From Minisyncoccia bacterium (GTDB taxonomy: Bacteria; Patescibacteriota; Minisyncoccia; UBA6257; 2-01-FULL-56-20), in the NCBI GenBank assembly GCA_049997875.1, contig JBEKRC010000002.1:66755-130754 (forward strand): DNA of 64,000 nucleotides, in the 5' to 3' direction. The translations under genes were made by a program, and so were the position numbers. Numbering within the stretch: the first letter of the stretch is position 1; each line of letters begins with the position of its first letter. Under the pieces are notes generated by a model. It saw only the letters and a program-made list of their open reading frames with translations. It was not told where the DNA came from and made no database searches. Shown piece after piece: positions 47,396 through 56,186 of the stretch.

Positions 47396-49519
47396 ATGGA
47401 CCTCAAAAATTTCTTTGATCCGAAATCGGTCGCGGTCGTCGGCGCTTCCAACGACAAGAACAAAGTTGGCTATTCGCTGGTTTTTAATTTGAAGAGTAGC
47501 GGCAGGGGCGGTGGCGCAAACGGCAACCCAAACAGCGGGAACGGCAAGCCGAGCGCCGCGAAGCGAAAGATTTTTCCTGTCTCATTGAACGAGCAAACCG
47601 TCCTTGGCCTTCCGGCCTACCGGTCCATATCAGACATCAAAGATGATATTGATCTGGCCCTGATTGCTATCCCCGCCTCTGCGGTGCCTGCCGCGCTCGA
47701 ACAATGTGGAGAAAAAGACGTGCCCGCGGTGATTGTGATTTCATCCGGGTTCAAGGAGTCAGGCGACGCGGGCAAGGAGCTTGAAAAAAAGATTAGGATG
47801 ACGGCGGCGAGCTATCACATCGCGCTCCTTGGTCCGAACTGTCTAGGGACGATTGATGCGTATTCGGGTCTGAACGCGACCTTTGCCGCAGCCGCGAGCG
47901 CGAACGAACCGCTGCGAGCGGGTCCTGTTACCATCCTTTCGCAGTCGGGCGCCCTTGGCACCGCGATGCTTGACTGGGCGCGCGAGGAGGATGTGGGACT
48001 TGCAAAGTTCATCAGCTTGGGCAACGAGGCGGCGCTTACGGAAATTGATTTTCTGGACTATCTTGCGGACGACCGCGACACAAAGGCAATCCTTTTATAT
48101 TTGGAAAAGGTGAGCGACGGGCATAAGTTTATGGCGCTCACGAAAAGGATCACGCGGAAAAAACCTGTCGTCGTGCTGAAGGCGGGCAGGAGCGCGCGCG
48201 GCACCGCGGCGGTCCTGTCGCACACGGGTTCGCTTGCTCCCGAAAGCAAGGATTTTGACGAGGCGTGCCGCGAGAGCGGCGTTGCCGTCGTCAGTTCCCT
48301 GCGTGAGTTCTATAACATGGCAAAGCTTTTCGGGCTCGGCGTGCGAACAGACGCACTGGACACCGCACGGCCTCCGCGCGAGATCGCGATCCTCACGAAC
48401 GGCGGCGGGCCTTCCGTCGTTTCGGCTGACCTCGTAGAATTATCCTCCGCGCTCTCGCTCGCAAAGTTCGGCGACCGCACCAAGCGCGCGCTCACGGAAG
48501 TGCTTCCTCCGATGGCGGCGATCGGAAATCCCGTGGACATCCTTGGTGACGCCTTGCCACCGCGCTACGAGGCAGCACTTAAGATCCTGTGTGCGGAAAA
48601 AAGCGTAGATGGGATCATTTTCATCGTCACGCCGCAGATGATGACCGACGCCGCGGGCACGGCGCGGCTCATCGCGATGTACGGCAAAAAGAAATTCATT
48701 GCGCCAGTCTTCATGGGGCACGGCGCGGTCGCGGACGGCGTTCGAATACTCTACGAAAACAATTTGGTCAATTTTGAGTTTCCGGACGACGCGATCGGAG
48801 CACTTGATGACCTCGCGTTCGCCGTATTCGGGCACAAGAAGCCGGAAGCGGCGGCCGTGAAAAAAATCTCTGCCTCGTTCATGGATTTCTTGCAAGCCAA
48901 AATTTTGCTTAAGGAATATGATATTGAACTTGTGGGTGATCTTGCCCGCACAAAAGACGAACTCGCCGCCATCTTTGCAAAGCTCGGCAACCGTCCCGCC
49001 GCCATGAAAGTGATCTCACGCGAGGTGAGCCACAAATCGGACGTGGGCGGCGTCCGGCTGAACATAGCGGGCTCCGAAGCCGCGCAGGAGACATGGAACA
49101 AAATGGAAAAAACCGTCCGCCGCAAAGTTCTGAACGCGAAGATCCAAGGAATACTCGTGCAGCCGATGGCGCAGGGCGTGGAGACCATCATCGGCATGAA
49201 GCGCGACGCCATCTTCGGTCCGATCATAACCTTCGGTCTCGGCGGCATCTATGTGGAAACAATGAAGGACGTGGCGCTCCGCGTGGCACCCGTGGGCGAC
49301 GCCGACGCGCGCGCCATGATGGACGAAATAAAAGGCGCCCCCCTTCTCCGCGGCACCCGCGGCCAAAAGTCCGTGGACATGCATGCCCTCACAAAGCTCA
49401 TCGTTGCCCTCTCGCACCTCGCGCTTGAGCATCCCGAAGTCCAGGGCATGGATCTCAACCCCGTGATGGCGAGCGAGAAAGGCGCGGTGGTGGTGGACGC
49501 GCGCGTGGTGGTTGGGTGA
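47396..49519 (+). CDS. Acetate--CoA ligase (ADP-forming), fused alpha/beta
   Basis: PKSVAVVGAS, GPNCLG, SQSGALG, SHTGSLA, HKSDVGGV, DLNPV. Confidence 0.93.
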   Translation: MDLKNFFDPKSVAVVGASNDKNKVGYSLVFNLKSSGRGGGANGNPNSGNGKPSAAKRKIFPVSLNEQTVLGLPAYRSISDIKDDIDLALIAIPASAVPAALEQCGEKDVPAVIVISSGFKESGDAGKELEKKIRMTAASYHIALLGPNCLGTIDAYSGLNATFAAAASANEPLRAGPVTILSQSGALGTAMLDWAREEDVGLAKFISLGNEAALTEIDFLDYLADDRDTKAILLYLEKVSDGHKFMALTKRITRKKPVVVLKAGRSARGTAAVLSHTGSLAPESKDFDEACRESGVAVVSSLREFYNMAKLFGLGVRTDALDTARPPREIAILTNGGGPSVVSADLVELSSALSLAKFGDRTKRALTEVLPPMAAIGNPVDILGDALPPRYEAALKILCAEKSVDGIIFIVTPQMMTDAAGTARLIAMYGKKKFIAPVFMGHGAVADGVRILYENNLVNFEFPDDAIGALDDLAFAVFGHKKPEAAAVKKISASFMDFLQAKILLKEYDIELVGDLARTKDELAAIFAKLGNRPAAMKVISREVSHKSDVGGVRLNIAGSEAAQETWNKMEKTVRRKVLNAKIQGILVQPMAQGVETIIGMKRDAIFGPIITFGLGGIYVETMKDVALRVAPVGDADARAMMDEIKGAPLLRGTRGQKSVDMHALTKLIVALSHLALEHPEVQGMDLNPVMASEKGAVVVDARVVVG

Positions 49520-49591
49520 GCTGGCTAGGTGCAATATCGAGGCAAGCCGGAAGAACTTATTTGATATAATTAAATCAATAGCAGAATAAGG

Positions 49592-50446
49592 ATGAGAAGA
49601 TATACCTATCAAGACGATGGTTACTCGAAAGCCCGGATTATCACAATAATTGTAATAATTTGGTTGTTCATCTTTGTCGCCGATGCCTTTTCGGGAAATC
49701 AGAATCAAGTAGGGGTCCTTGTTGAATATACAATCCTGGTTCTCCTTGTTTACTTGGGACTGAAGTGGCTCTTGAAGGTCATTGAGAGAAAGCGCGTTTC
49801 GCAGTTATTTCAATCTCTAACAAACTTGGGCCTAGAAGATTATATTGAAAATTTCATTAATCGATTCAGCTTTGAAGGGAAGAATATAAATGGATGGGAA
49901 TTTCGCAATCGCAAAATCGACTGGAATCGCATTAACGATCTGGAAAGATACTTAATCGAAAAAGGGGTTCACTTAAAAACAAAAAAGAGGGATAGAGATA
50001 TTTTTCTTATCTTAAGAAGTTATATCCAACAAAAAGAAGAAAGATTAACTCGCGAAAGCATCAGAACGGAACCTCAGAAATACGCCCTCTTAAGCGGATC
50101 TGATTTTGAGAAGCTCCTATATCGTTTATACGATGCGATGGGCTATAAAGTGGAGCCAATTGGACAATCGGGGGATCAGGGTGGTGATTTGATTGCCAAC
50201 AAAAATGGCGAAAGGATACTTATTCAGGCGAAATGCTACCGTGATTGGTCGGTGGGCAATGATGCAGTGCAACAAGTAGTCGGTGCAATGAGATATTACA
50301 ACTGTAATAAAACCATGGTTATAACGACATCTACCATTTTTACACCAGAGGCGTACGCGCTTGCCCGAGCGAATAATACCGAACTCATATCCAAAAATCG
50401 ACTTTCAGAGTTGCTTATGGAATTTCTGCACGAGAACTGGGGATAA
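49592..50446 (+). CDS. Membrane-anchored Mrr-like restriction endonuclease
   Basis: Two N-terminal TMs; DFEKL..., GDQGGDL, IQAKCY, VQQVVGA, FTPEAYALA; AT-rich. Confidence 0.85.
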   Translation: MRRYTYQDDGYSKARIITIIVIIWLFIFVADAFSGNQNQVGVLVEYTILVLLVYLGLKWLLKVIERKRVSQLFQSLTNLGLEDYIENFINRFSFEGKNINGWEFRNRKIDWNRINDLERYLIEKGVHLKTKKRDRDIFLILRSYIQQKEERLTRESIRTEPQKYALLSGSDFEKLLYRLYDAMGYKVEPIGQSGDQGGDLIANKNGERILIQAKCYRDWSVGNDAVQQVVGAMRYYNCNKTMVITTSTIFTPEAYALARANNTELISKNRLSELLMEFLHENWG

Positions 50447-50475
50447 GACGCAGAAAATCTGGTATTCACTCACAT

Positions 50476-50546
50476 ACACAAAAGACCCGATTGCTCGGGT
50501 CTTTTGCGAATCCGAAACGCGGACCGGTCCTGAATTGACACCTTAT
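50476..50546 (-). ncRNA. Putative small antisense RNA targeting the adjacent tRNA-like RNA
   Basis: Promoter TTGACA-16-TATACT (50579-50552); 5' GGUGUCAAUUCAGGA complementary to 50650-50664; ends in a GCAA-capped terminator. Confidence 0.55.
50480..50505. terminator. Bidirectional intrinsic terminator
   Basis: AAAAGACCCGA-ttgc-TCGGGTCTTTT. Confidence 0.8.
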
Positions 50547-50629
50547 TGTGAAGTATAGCGAGCCGAAATATTTTGTCAAATATCTTTTAATAATTTTTTA
50601 ATGCTGTCTTGCTACAATGCCTGCGCGGT

Positions 50630-50697
50630 GGGGGTTGCGCGGCCGCCAATCCTGAATTGACACCAGGATCCGAGGGGTTCGACTCCCCTAACCTCCA
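50630..50697 (+). ncRNA. tRNA-like RNA with alanine acceptor identity and non-canonical D/anticodon arms
   Basis: GGGGGTT/AACCTCC-A-CC acceptor (G3.U70), T-arm AGGGG-TTCGACT-CCCCT, 6-bp stem ATCCTG/CAGGAT with 9-nt loop; TGcTACAAT promoter at 50610-50618. Confidence 0.78.
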
Positions 50698-50702
50698 CCG
50701 CC

Positions 50703-51992
50703 TTAGGTGAGAAATAACGTTTTCAAATCAAAATTGGGGTCGGCGAGATCGGCCAGCTTCCCGGACACGTCTACTTTATTCTTGATGAGGTTGGTCACGG
50801 TGGTAAGCTCGGCGGTGCGGTTGATGAGGGTGGCGCCGACAATGCTTTTGCCTGCGAGGATAAGCCGGGCGTACGCGTTGATCTCGGGCGAGCCGCGATT
50901 GACGATCGTGCGGTTGGGCAGGGGCCGGACGTCGCCCGCGAAGGCGATCGTGATGCCCGCGCCGTGCGTCGTGTAGAATGAGACGAATGCGAACCGCTCC
51001 TTCGCGGCACCGACGCCACCGGCGCCGGCCGCCAAGCCGGTTGACGCCACCATGTTCTCCGCCGCGATCCTCCCCTGTTCGTGGGCATTCACCCAGTTAC
51101 CTTCCTGGACCATCTCGTCCGAAATGACATCTTTGAACTCTGCGACGTCTCCGGCCACCCAGACGTCCGGCGCGTTCGTTTCCAGATATTCGTTCGCCAA
51201 AATGCCGCGGTTCATCGCAACGCCCGCCTTCCGTATCCAGTCAATTGCGCAATAGGCACCGATGCCACAGACGATCATCTGGCACTCAAGCTTCGTTCCG
51301 TCTTTAAGGATCACGCCTTCCACTTTGTCGCCGCCCACCACTTCCTGGACGGCGGATTTTCTCATGAGCGTGACGCCGAGCCGCGTGAGCGCCGCCTCTA
51401 TCATCTTCCCCGACGCCTCGTCCAGTGTCTGCTGCCAGTAATAATCTTCCAGATAAACCGCCGTGACCGTGAGTCCTGCCAAACGCAAAAGATCCGACAT
51501 TTCAAAACTGATGAACCCGCTGCCGATCGTAATCGCCTTTTTCGCCGTCTTGATGCCCGCGATGATCTTTTTGGCATCCCCAAGCGTGCGCAAGTAGCAG
51601 ACGCCGTCTTTCTCCGCACCAGGCACCTCCCACGCGCGGGCGCAGACGCCGGTCGCAAGAAGCAATTTTTCGTAGCCGATCTTCCGGCCGCCCTCTAGGC
51701 CGTCTTCAAGCGTTACGGTTTTTGCGGCGGTATCCAACCCGATCGCCTTTTTGCCGCCCAGGAACGTCACATTATTTTGCTGATACCATTCCTTGTTTTT
51801 CAGCCAAACGCTGTCAAACGGGATTTTTTCAAGAAAAAAAGCCGGCTTGGACAGCATCACGCGGGAATATAAAGTATACGGCTCGTCGTTCACGAGGCCG
51901 ATCGTGCCGTCTTTGTCATACGTGCGGATGGTCTCCGCCGCCGTTACGCCCGCGACGCCGCCGCCAATGATCAAATATTTAAACTCGTCCAC
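50703..51992 (-). CDS. FAD-dependent NAD(P)H:ferredoxin/rubredoxin-type oxidoreductase
   Basis: IIGGGVAG, LLLATG, IGSGFISFE, TNAPDVWVAGD. Confidence 0.9.
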   Translation of the reverse strand: MDEFKYLIIGGGVAGVTAAETIRTYDKDGTIGLVNDEPYTLYSRVMLSKPAFFLEKIPFDSVWLKNKEWYQQNNVTFLGGKKAIGLDTAAKTVTLEDGLEGGRKIGYEKLLLATGVCARAWEVPGAEKDGVCYLRTLGDAKKIIAGIKTAKKAITIGSGFISFEMSDLLRLAGLTVTAVYLEDYYWQQTLDEASGKMIEAALTRLGVTLMRKSAVQEVVGGDKVEGVILKDGTKLECQMIVCGIGAYCAIDWIRKAGVAMNRGILANEYLETNAPDVWVAGDVAEFKDVISDEMVQEGNWVNAHEQGRIAAENMVASTGLAAGAGGVGAAKERFAFVSFYTTHGAGITIAFAGDVRPLPNRTIVNRGSPEINAYARLILAGKSIVGATLINRTAELTTVTNLIKNKVDVSGKLADLADPNFDLKTLFLT

Positions 51993-51994
51993 TG

Positions 51995-52264
51995 TTATTT
52001 GGGATAAATCTTATTCCCTGCCGCGTCAAAAAGCAGGATCGCTTGCGTGGGGCAGGACTGGGCCGCGAGGATCAATGTCTCGTCGTCCGCCGCGTTCGCA
52101 CCACTCCCCGCAATCACGACCGCCTTGTTCTCCGCACTCAATTCAAACGTCGTCCCCGCGACCGCAATGCACGATGCCGCGCCGATGCAAAGATCATTGT
52201 CCACGACGATCTTCGCGATCTTTGACCCCTCCTTCGTCCTTTGATATTCCGATTGGTTCGCCAT
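51995..52264 (-). CDS. Single-cluster ferredoxin (CxxAxxC...CP, probably 3Fe-4S)
   Basis: CIGAASC and AAQSCPTQAI. Confidence 0.88.
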   Translation of the reverse strand: MANQSEYQRTKEGSKIAKIVVDNDLCIGAASCIAVAGTTFELSAENKAVVIAGSGANAADDETLILAAQSCPTQAILLFDAAGNKIYPK

Positions 52265-52294
52265 ACGTTTGTTGTTTTTTGTTGTTTGTTAATG

Positions 52295-52522
52295 TTATAC
52301 CTCTACGATTATTTCCCTTATGCCCGCCACTTCCTTTTTTAGAATGTCCCCGAGCATCGTTTGGTACGTTAGCTCAACCCACGGACAATCCACGCACTTG
52401 CCGCTCACGGCGAGCCGGACCACGCCCGCGTCCGCATCAACGCCCGTGAGTTGTACGTCGCCGCCGTGCATTTGGATGTACGGCCGCACTTTGTTTAAAA
52501 TTGCGATTACCTCGTTTTCCAT
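52295..52522 (-). CDS. Nfu/NifU C-terminal domain protein
   Basis: VRPYIQMHGGDV, GKCVDCP. Confidence 0.88.
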   Translation of the reverse strand: MENEVIAILNKVRPYIQMHGGDVQLTGVDADAGVVRLAVSGKCVDCPWVELTYQTMLGDILKKEVAGIREIIVEV

Positions 52523-53210
52523 GTTTTGTTCTTGCCGCTGTGCCCGCCGTACCATCCGGTCCAAAATATTTTTCGCGATAAAACCGGATAAGTTCCTCCA
52601 CTTGCGGGAGGCATTCTTTATAACCCACGCCGACCTTTGTCCTTTTCTGGACTGCCGCAAGCGTCGTTGCGCCTTCCAGCACCGCCTCTTCAATATCCGC
52701 CTCCGTCACTTTCGTGTTCGGATCAATGAGTCGCGAACCCTCCACTAAAATTCTATCAAATTTTTCATGTTTTTTGAACCAATCGTTGATCGCAGCACGC
52801 AGCGCCTTGTCACCCAGGACCGAGCAGTGCACTTTCCGGTCCGGCAGGCCGCCGAGTCGCTTCATGATGTCCTGCGGCTTGATCTCTAGCGCTCTTTCTA
52901 TCTTCATTCCGCCCTTTTCCGTGGCCATCACGGAAAGCATTGAGGTCGCGGCGATAGCCGAGGCGCAACCGAACGTGCGCCATTTGAACTCTTTTATCCG
53001 CTCTGTTTTCGGGTCAATATTCAGCCACACGCGCATGACGTCGCCGCATGCGGGGCTGCCCACAAGCCCTTCTGCGTCAAACTTTTTACTTTCCCTTTCG
53101 TTCGGTATCTTCCACAGCAAATTGCGCGGATTGAAAAAATGGCTTTTCACCATGCTTGAATATGCCCAGCTCCCGCCCGTGTGCTGATTGATAATGTCCG
53201 GTTTTTTCAT
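52437..53210 (-). CDS. IscU/NifU-type Fe-S scaffold with degenerate BFD-like domain
   Basis: HFFNPRN, SPACGD, TFGCASA, LPDRKVHCS. Confidence 0.9.
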   Translation of the reverse strand: MKKPDIINQHTGGSWAYSSMVKSHFFNPRNLLWKIPNERESKKFDAEGLVGSPACGDVMRVWLNIDPKTERIKEFKWRTFGCASAIAATSMLSVMATEKGGMKIERALEIKPQDIMKRLGGLPDRKVHCSVLGDKALRAAINDWFKKHEKFDRILVEGSRLIDPNTKVTEADIEEAVLEGATTLAAVQKRTKVGVGYKECLPQVEELIRFYREKYFGPDGTAGTAARTKHGKRGNRNFKQSAAVHPNARRRRTTHGR

Positions 53211-53244
53211 TTCTTTATGTAACTTTCTAGCATTCTAACATCAT

Positions 53245-54534
53245 TCATACTTTTTTCTTCCTCAAAAAGTGGGGCGTTTGGCCGCCGACGAACGCCCTTG
53301 GTTGCGACATGGCCTCTTTTTGGCCCATTTTTAGGTCTAGCGGGGAGATTTTACGCAGTTTGGTCACTATCCGTGGCATGTGCTTCAAAATGTAGTTGAC
53401 GGCGACTATGGTGGTTCCCTTCCCCAGCGTGAACCGGACGCTGCCATGGATATATTCGTAGGGATTGCCGAGCGCGGTCAAAACATACGACGGTTCCAAG
53501 CTTTCCGAGTTACACGCAGAACCGGTATTCACCGCAATGCCGAGTTCATCAAGATACAGGAGCAGCGCCTCCCCTTCTATGTCCAAAATGGAAATGTTCA
53601 AAAAGTTCGGCAGGCGCTTTGTCGGATGGCCGTTCAAAACTACTTTTGGAATTGCTTCGAAAATGCCTTTTTGGAGCGTATCGCGCAGTTTTTTCACCCG
53701 CGCGGATTCAGTCTTGCGATGCTTCTGCGCCAATGCCACCGCTTCGCCGAAGCCAACAATCGCGGGGATGTTCTCTGTTCCCGAGCGGAGCCGATCCTGC
53801 TGCCCGCCACCGTAAATGACCGGCCGAATCCTCACGCCGCGCCGTACGTAGAGCCCCCCGATCCCTTTTGGTCCATAAAGCTTGTGGCCGGACAAGGTCA
53901 TTAGGTCAATGCCGAGCCGATTCGCGTTGATATCCAAATATTGGACCGCCTGGCTCGCATCGGTATGAAAGTATGGGAGCGTGCGGTTTTTTGATCCAGT
54001 GCTTCTTGCTGCCTTCGCCCGAAATTTCTTGATCACTGCCGCGAGCTCCCGTATCGGCTGAATCGTCCCTATCTCGTTATTGGCATACATCACCGAAACC
54101 AAAATGGTTTTCTCGTCCAGCGCGCGTTCCAAGTCGCGCGGTTTTACTAAACCGTTATGACCGACGCGTAGATACTCAATTTCAAAACCTTCCTCACGCA
54201 AGGCATCGCAGGTCGCAAGAACCGCCTTGTGCTCAATGTTTGAAATAATGATCTTTTTCCCGAAGGCTTTGTTCGCCCGCGCGACGCCCGCGATCGCCAA
54301 GTTGTCGGCCTCGGTGGCGGAACCGGTAAACACAATTTCCTGCGGCGCGTATCCAAGCGGCTCGCTGATCTTTTTTGCCGCGGCTGCAATCGCCTCCTTC
54401 GCCCTTCGCCCAAACTCATAAAGATTAGAAGGATTACCAAAGTCATCCGCAAAGTACGGTTTCATCACGCGAAACACCGCTGGGTCAAGCGGCGTCGTCG
54501 CGGCATAGTCAAAATAGAATGCACGTTTTGCCAT
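53245..54534 (-). CDS. iscS: Cysteine desulfurase
   Basis: DYAATTP, NNEIG, HTDA, SGHKLYGPKG, TGSAC. Confidence 0.94.
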   Translation of the reverse strand: MAKRAFYFDYAATTPLDPAVFRVMKPYFADDFGNPSNLYEFGRRAKEAIAAAAKKISEPLGYAPQEIVFTGSATEADNLAIAGVARANKAFGKKIIISNIEHKAVLATCDALREEGFEIEYLRVGHNGLVKPRDLERALDEKTILVSVMYANNEIGTIQPIRELAAVIKKFRAKAARSTGSKNRTLPYFHTDASQAVQYLDINANRLGIDLMTLSGHKLYGPKGIGGLYVRRGVRIRPVIYGGGQQDRLRSGTENIPAIVGFGEAVALAQKHRKTESARVKKLRDTLQKGIFEAIPKVVLNGHPTKRLPNFLNISILDIEGEALLLYLDELGIAVNTGSACNSESLEPSYVLTALGNPYEYIHGSVRFTLGKGTTIVAVNYILKHMPRIVTKLRKISPLDLKMGQKEAMSQPRAFVGGQTPHFLRKKKV

Positions 54535-54604
54535 ATCTATCGGCACAGCCCTATGGGCCGTCGGCTTATTATATCGTATTTATCTGCTATTCGGTAAGCA
54601 CCCT

Positions 54605-55408
54605 TCAAGTCAGGGTCTCCGCGCTGTAGCGCGCGATGAGGCCCGTGCGGACCGCTTTGCGATAAACAAGAAGGAAAATCCCATAGGCAAGCGCGATATA
54701 GAAAAGCGAAAGAAACAGCCCGACGACAAACGCGCCGGAAGAAAATCCTCCGCCCGCGACAATCGCACGCACCCCTTCAAAGACATATGACGGTGGCAGT
54801 AAGCGTCCGATGAATTGCATCCAGTGCGGGAGGACCGAGAGCGGATAAAGGACGCCGACAAATGGCGAAAGAATTGCAGGAATAGGCCACACGAACCATT
54901 CGGCGGGAGGCCCGAACCGCAGCACGATGCTTACGCCCACAATGCCGAGCGCGATGCCGGAAAGAAAAAGAATCATCAAAAACGGTATGAAGGAAAGCCC
55001 ATAGGCAAGAATGGAAAACCCAAAAAAGATGCCGGCAAGAAAAAGCATTACCACAAGCGAGAAGCCGCTGGTCATTATGCTTGTGAGCATGAAGCCGACC
55101 ATATATTCGGAGACGAGGAGTGGCGAGCCGAAAATGTTCAGGAAGTTGCGGGCGTACACATCTTCAAAAAATGCCATCGTCACGCCCTGCATCACTTGAG
55201 TGAGAAAACTCCATAAGAGCATCGCGCCGAGAAAGACCGCAAGAAAGCTGAACCGCGCGCCTGCGGCAGCGTTCAGATAATTGCTCACGAACCCCCACAG
55301 CAAAATGTCCGCCGTGATCCAGATGAACAATCGGAAGAAGCGCACAAAATTGCTGCGGATAAGATAGAGCTGACGAAGGAATATGGCGTAGATGCGAACG
55401 GGCTTCAT
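54605..55408 (-). CDS. ABC-2 type transporter permease
   Basis: 6 TM helices, YPLSVLPHW. Confidence 0.88.
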   Translation of the reverse strand: MKPVRIYAIFLRQLYLIRSNFVRFFRLFIWITADILLWGFVSNYLNAAAGARFSFLAVFLGAMLLWSFLTQVMQGVTMAFFEDVYARNFLNIFGSPLLVSEYMVGFMLTSIMTSGFSLVVMLFLAGIFFGFSILAYGLSFIPFLMILFLSGIALGIVGVSIVLRFGPPAEWFVWPIPAILSPFVGVLYPLSVLPHWMQFIGRLLPPSYVFEGVRAIVAGGGFSSGAFVVGLFLSLFYIALAYGIFLLVYRKAVRTGLIARYSAETLT

Positions 55409-55419
55409 GGCAATTGTGG

Positions 55420-56175
55420 TTATGATCGCACGGTTTCAAGCGACAACGGTTCGCGGGCGACCGCGATAAAAAGTTCCTCAAGATCTTTTTTGTGGTGCTT
55501 GCGCGGAAGGGTTCTCGGATCTCCCTCAAGCAGTATTTTGCCACGCGAGAGAAAGAGCACGCGATCGCAGACATCGGTAACCTCGTGCATGTTGTGCGAC
55601 GTCCACAAGACGCCGGCCGTACCCGCATGGGCGAATCGCTTTATCTTTCGGCGGGCGATCTCCGCGACGGACGGGTCAAGCGACGCCGTCGGTTCGTCCA
55701 AAAGAAGAAGGCGCGGGTTGTTGAGCATCGCCTTCGCCAAGCTCACTTTTGTCTGCTCTCCCGACGACAATACGCCGCACTTCACGTCGCGGAACGGCGC
55801 GAGCTCAAACTCGCGCATCACGGTTTCAATGCGGGCGCGCACGTCGGGTACGGCATAGATAAGCCCGAAGATGTAAAGATTTTGGAACACCGTCATGTTG
55901 CCCGGAAGCTGGGCGTACACCGCGGCAAAGTTGGTGCGTTCAAGTGCCTCGCTTCTTTTCTGGGCAATATCCTTCCCCTCAATCTTGATCCTGCCCCCAT
56001 CCGGCCGCAGCACGCCGAGGATCATATTGATCGTCGTCGTCTTTCCCGCACCGTTCGGCCCCAAAAGCCCCACGATCTCATTTGGCCGCACCGAAAAAGA
56101 AACGCCGTTCACCGCAACGGTTTCGCCGTAGGACTTTTTAAGGTCGGTTACCTCAAGAACCGGGTTCTTCTGCAT
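55420..56175 (-). CDS. ABC transporter ATP-binding protein
   Basis: GPNGAGKTT, LSSGE, LLLDEPT, SH. Confidence 0.94.
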   Translation of the reverse strand: MQKNPVLEVTDLKKSYGETVAVNGVSFSVRPNEIVGLLGPNGAGKTTTINMILGVLRPDGGRIKIEGKDIAQKRSEALERTNFAAVYAQLPGNMTVFQNLYIFGLIYAVPDVRARIETVMREFELAPFRDVKCGVLSSGEQTKVSLAKAMLNNPRLLLLDEPTASLDPSVAEIARRKIKRFAHAGTAGVLWTSHNMHEVTDVCDRVLFLSRGKILLEGDPRTLPRKHHKKDLEELFIAVAREPLSLETVRS

Positions 56176-56186
56176 AGGGATTGAAC

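Noticed and set aside
50535-50662. TTGACA inside both 15-mer copies as plus-strand -35 boxes
   Set aside because: No -10 hexamer at 16-18 nt spacing downstream of either copy
50630-50700. Calling this a standard tmRNA (ssrA) or tRNA-Ala/Val
   Set aside because: Only 68 nt, with no tag ORF or pseudoknots, not in permuted order, no Ala anticodon, and non-canonical D and anticodon arms
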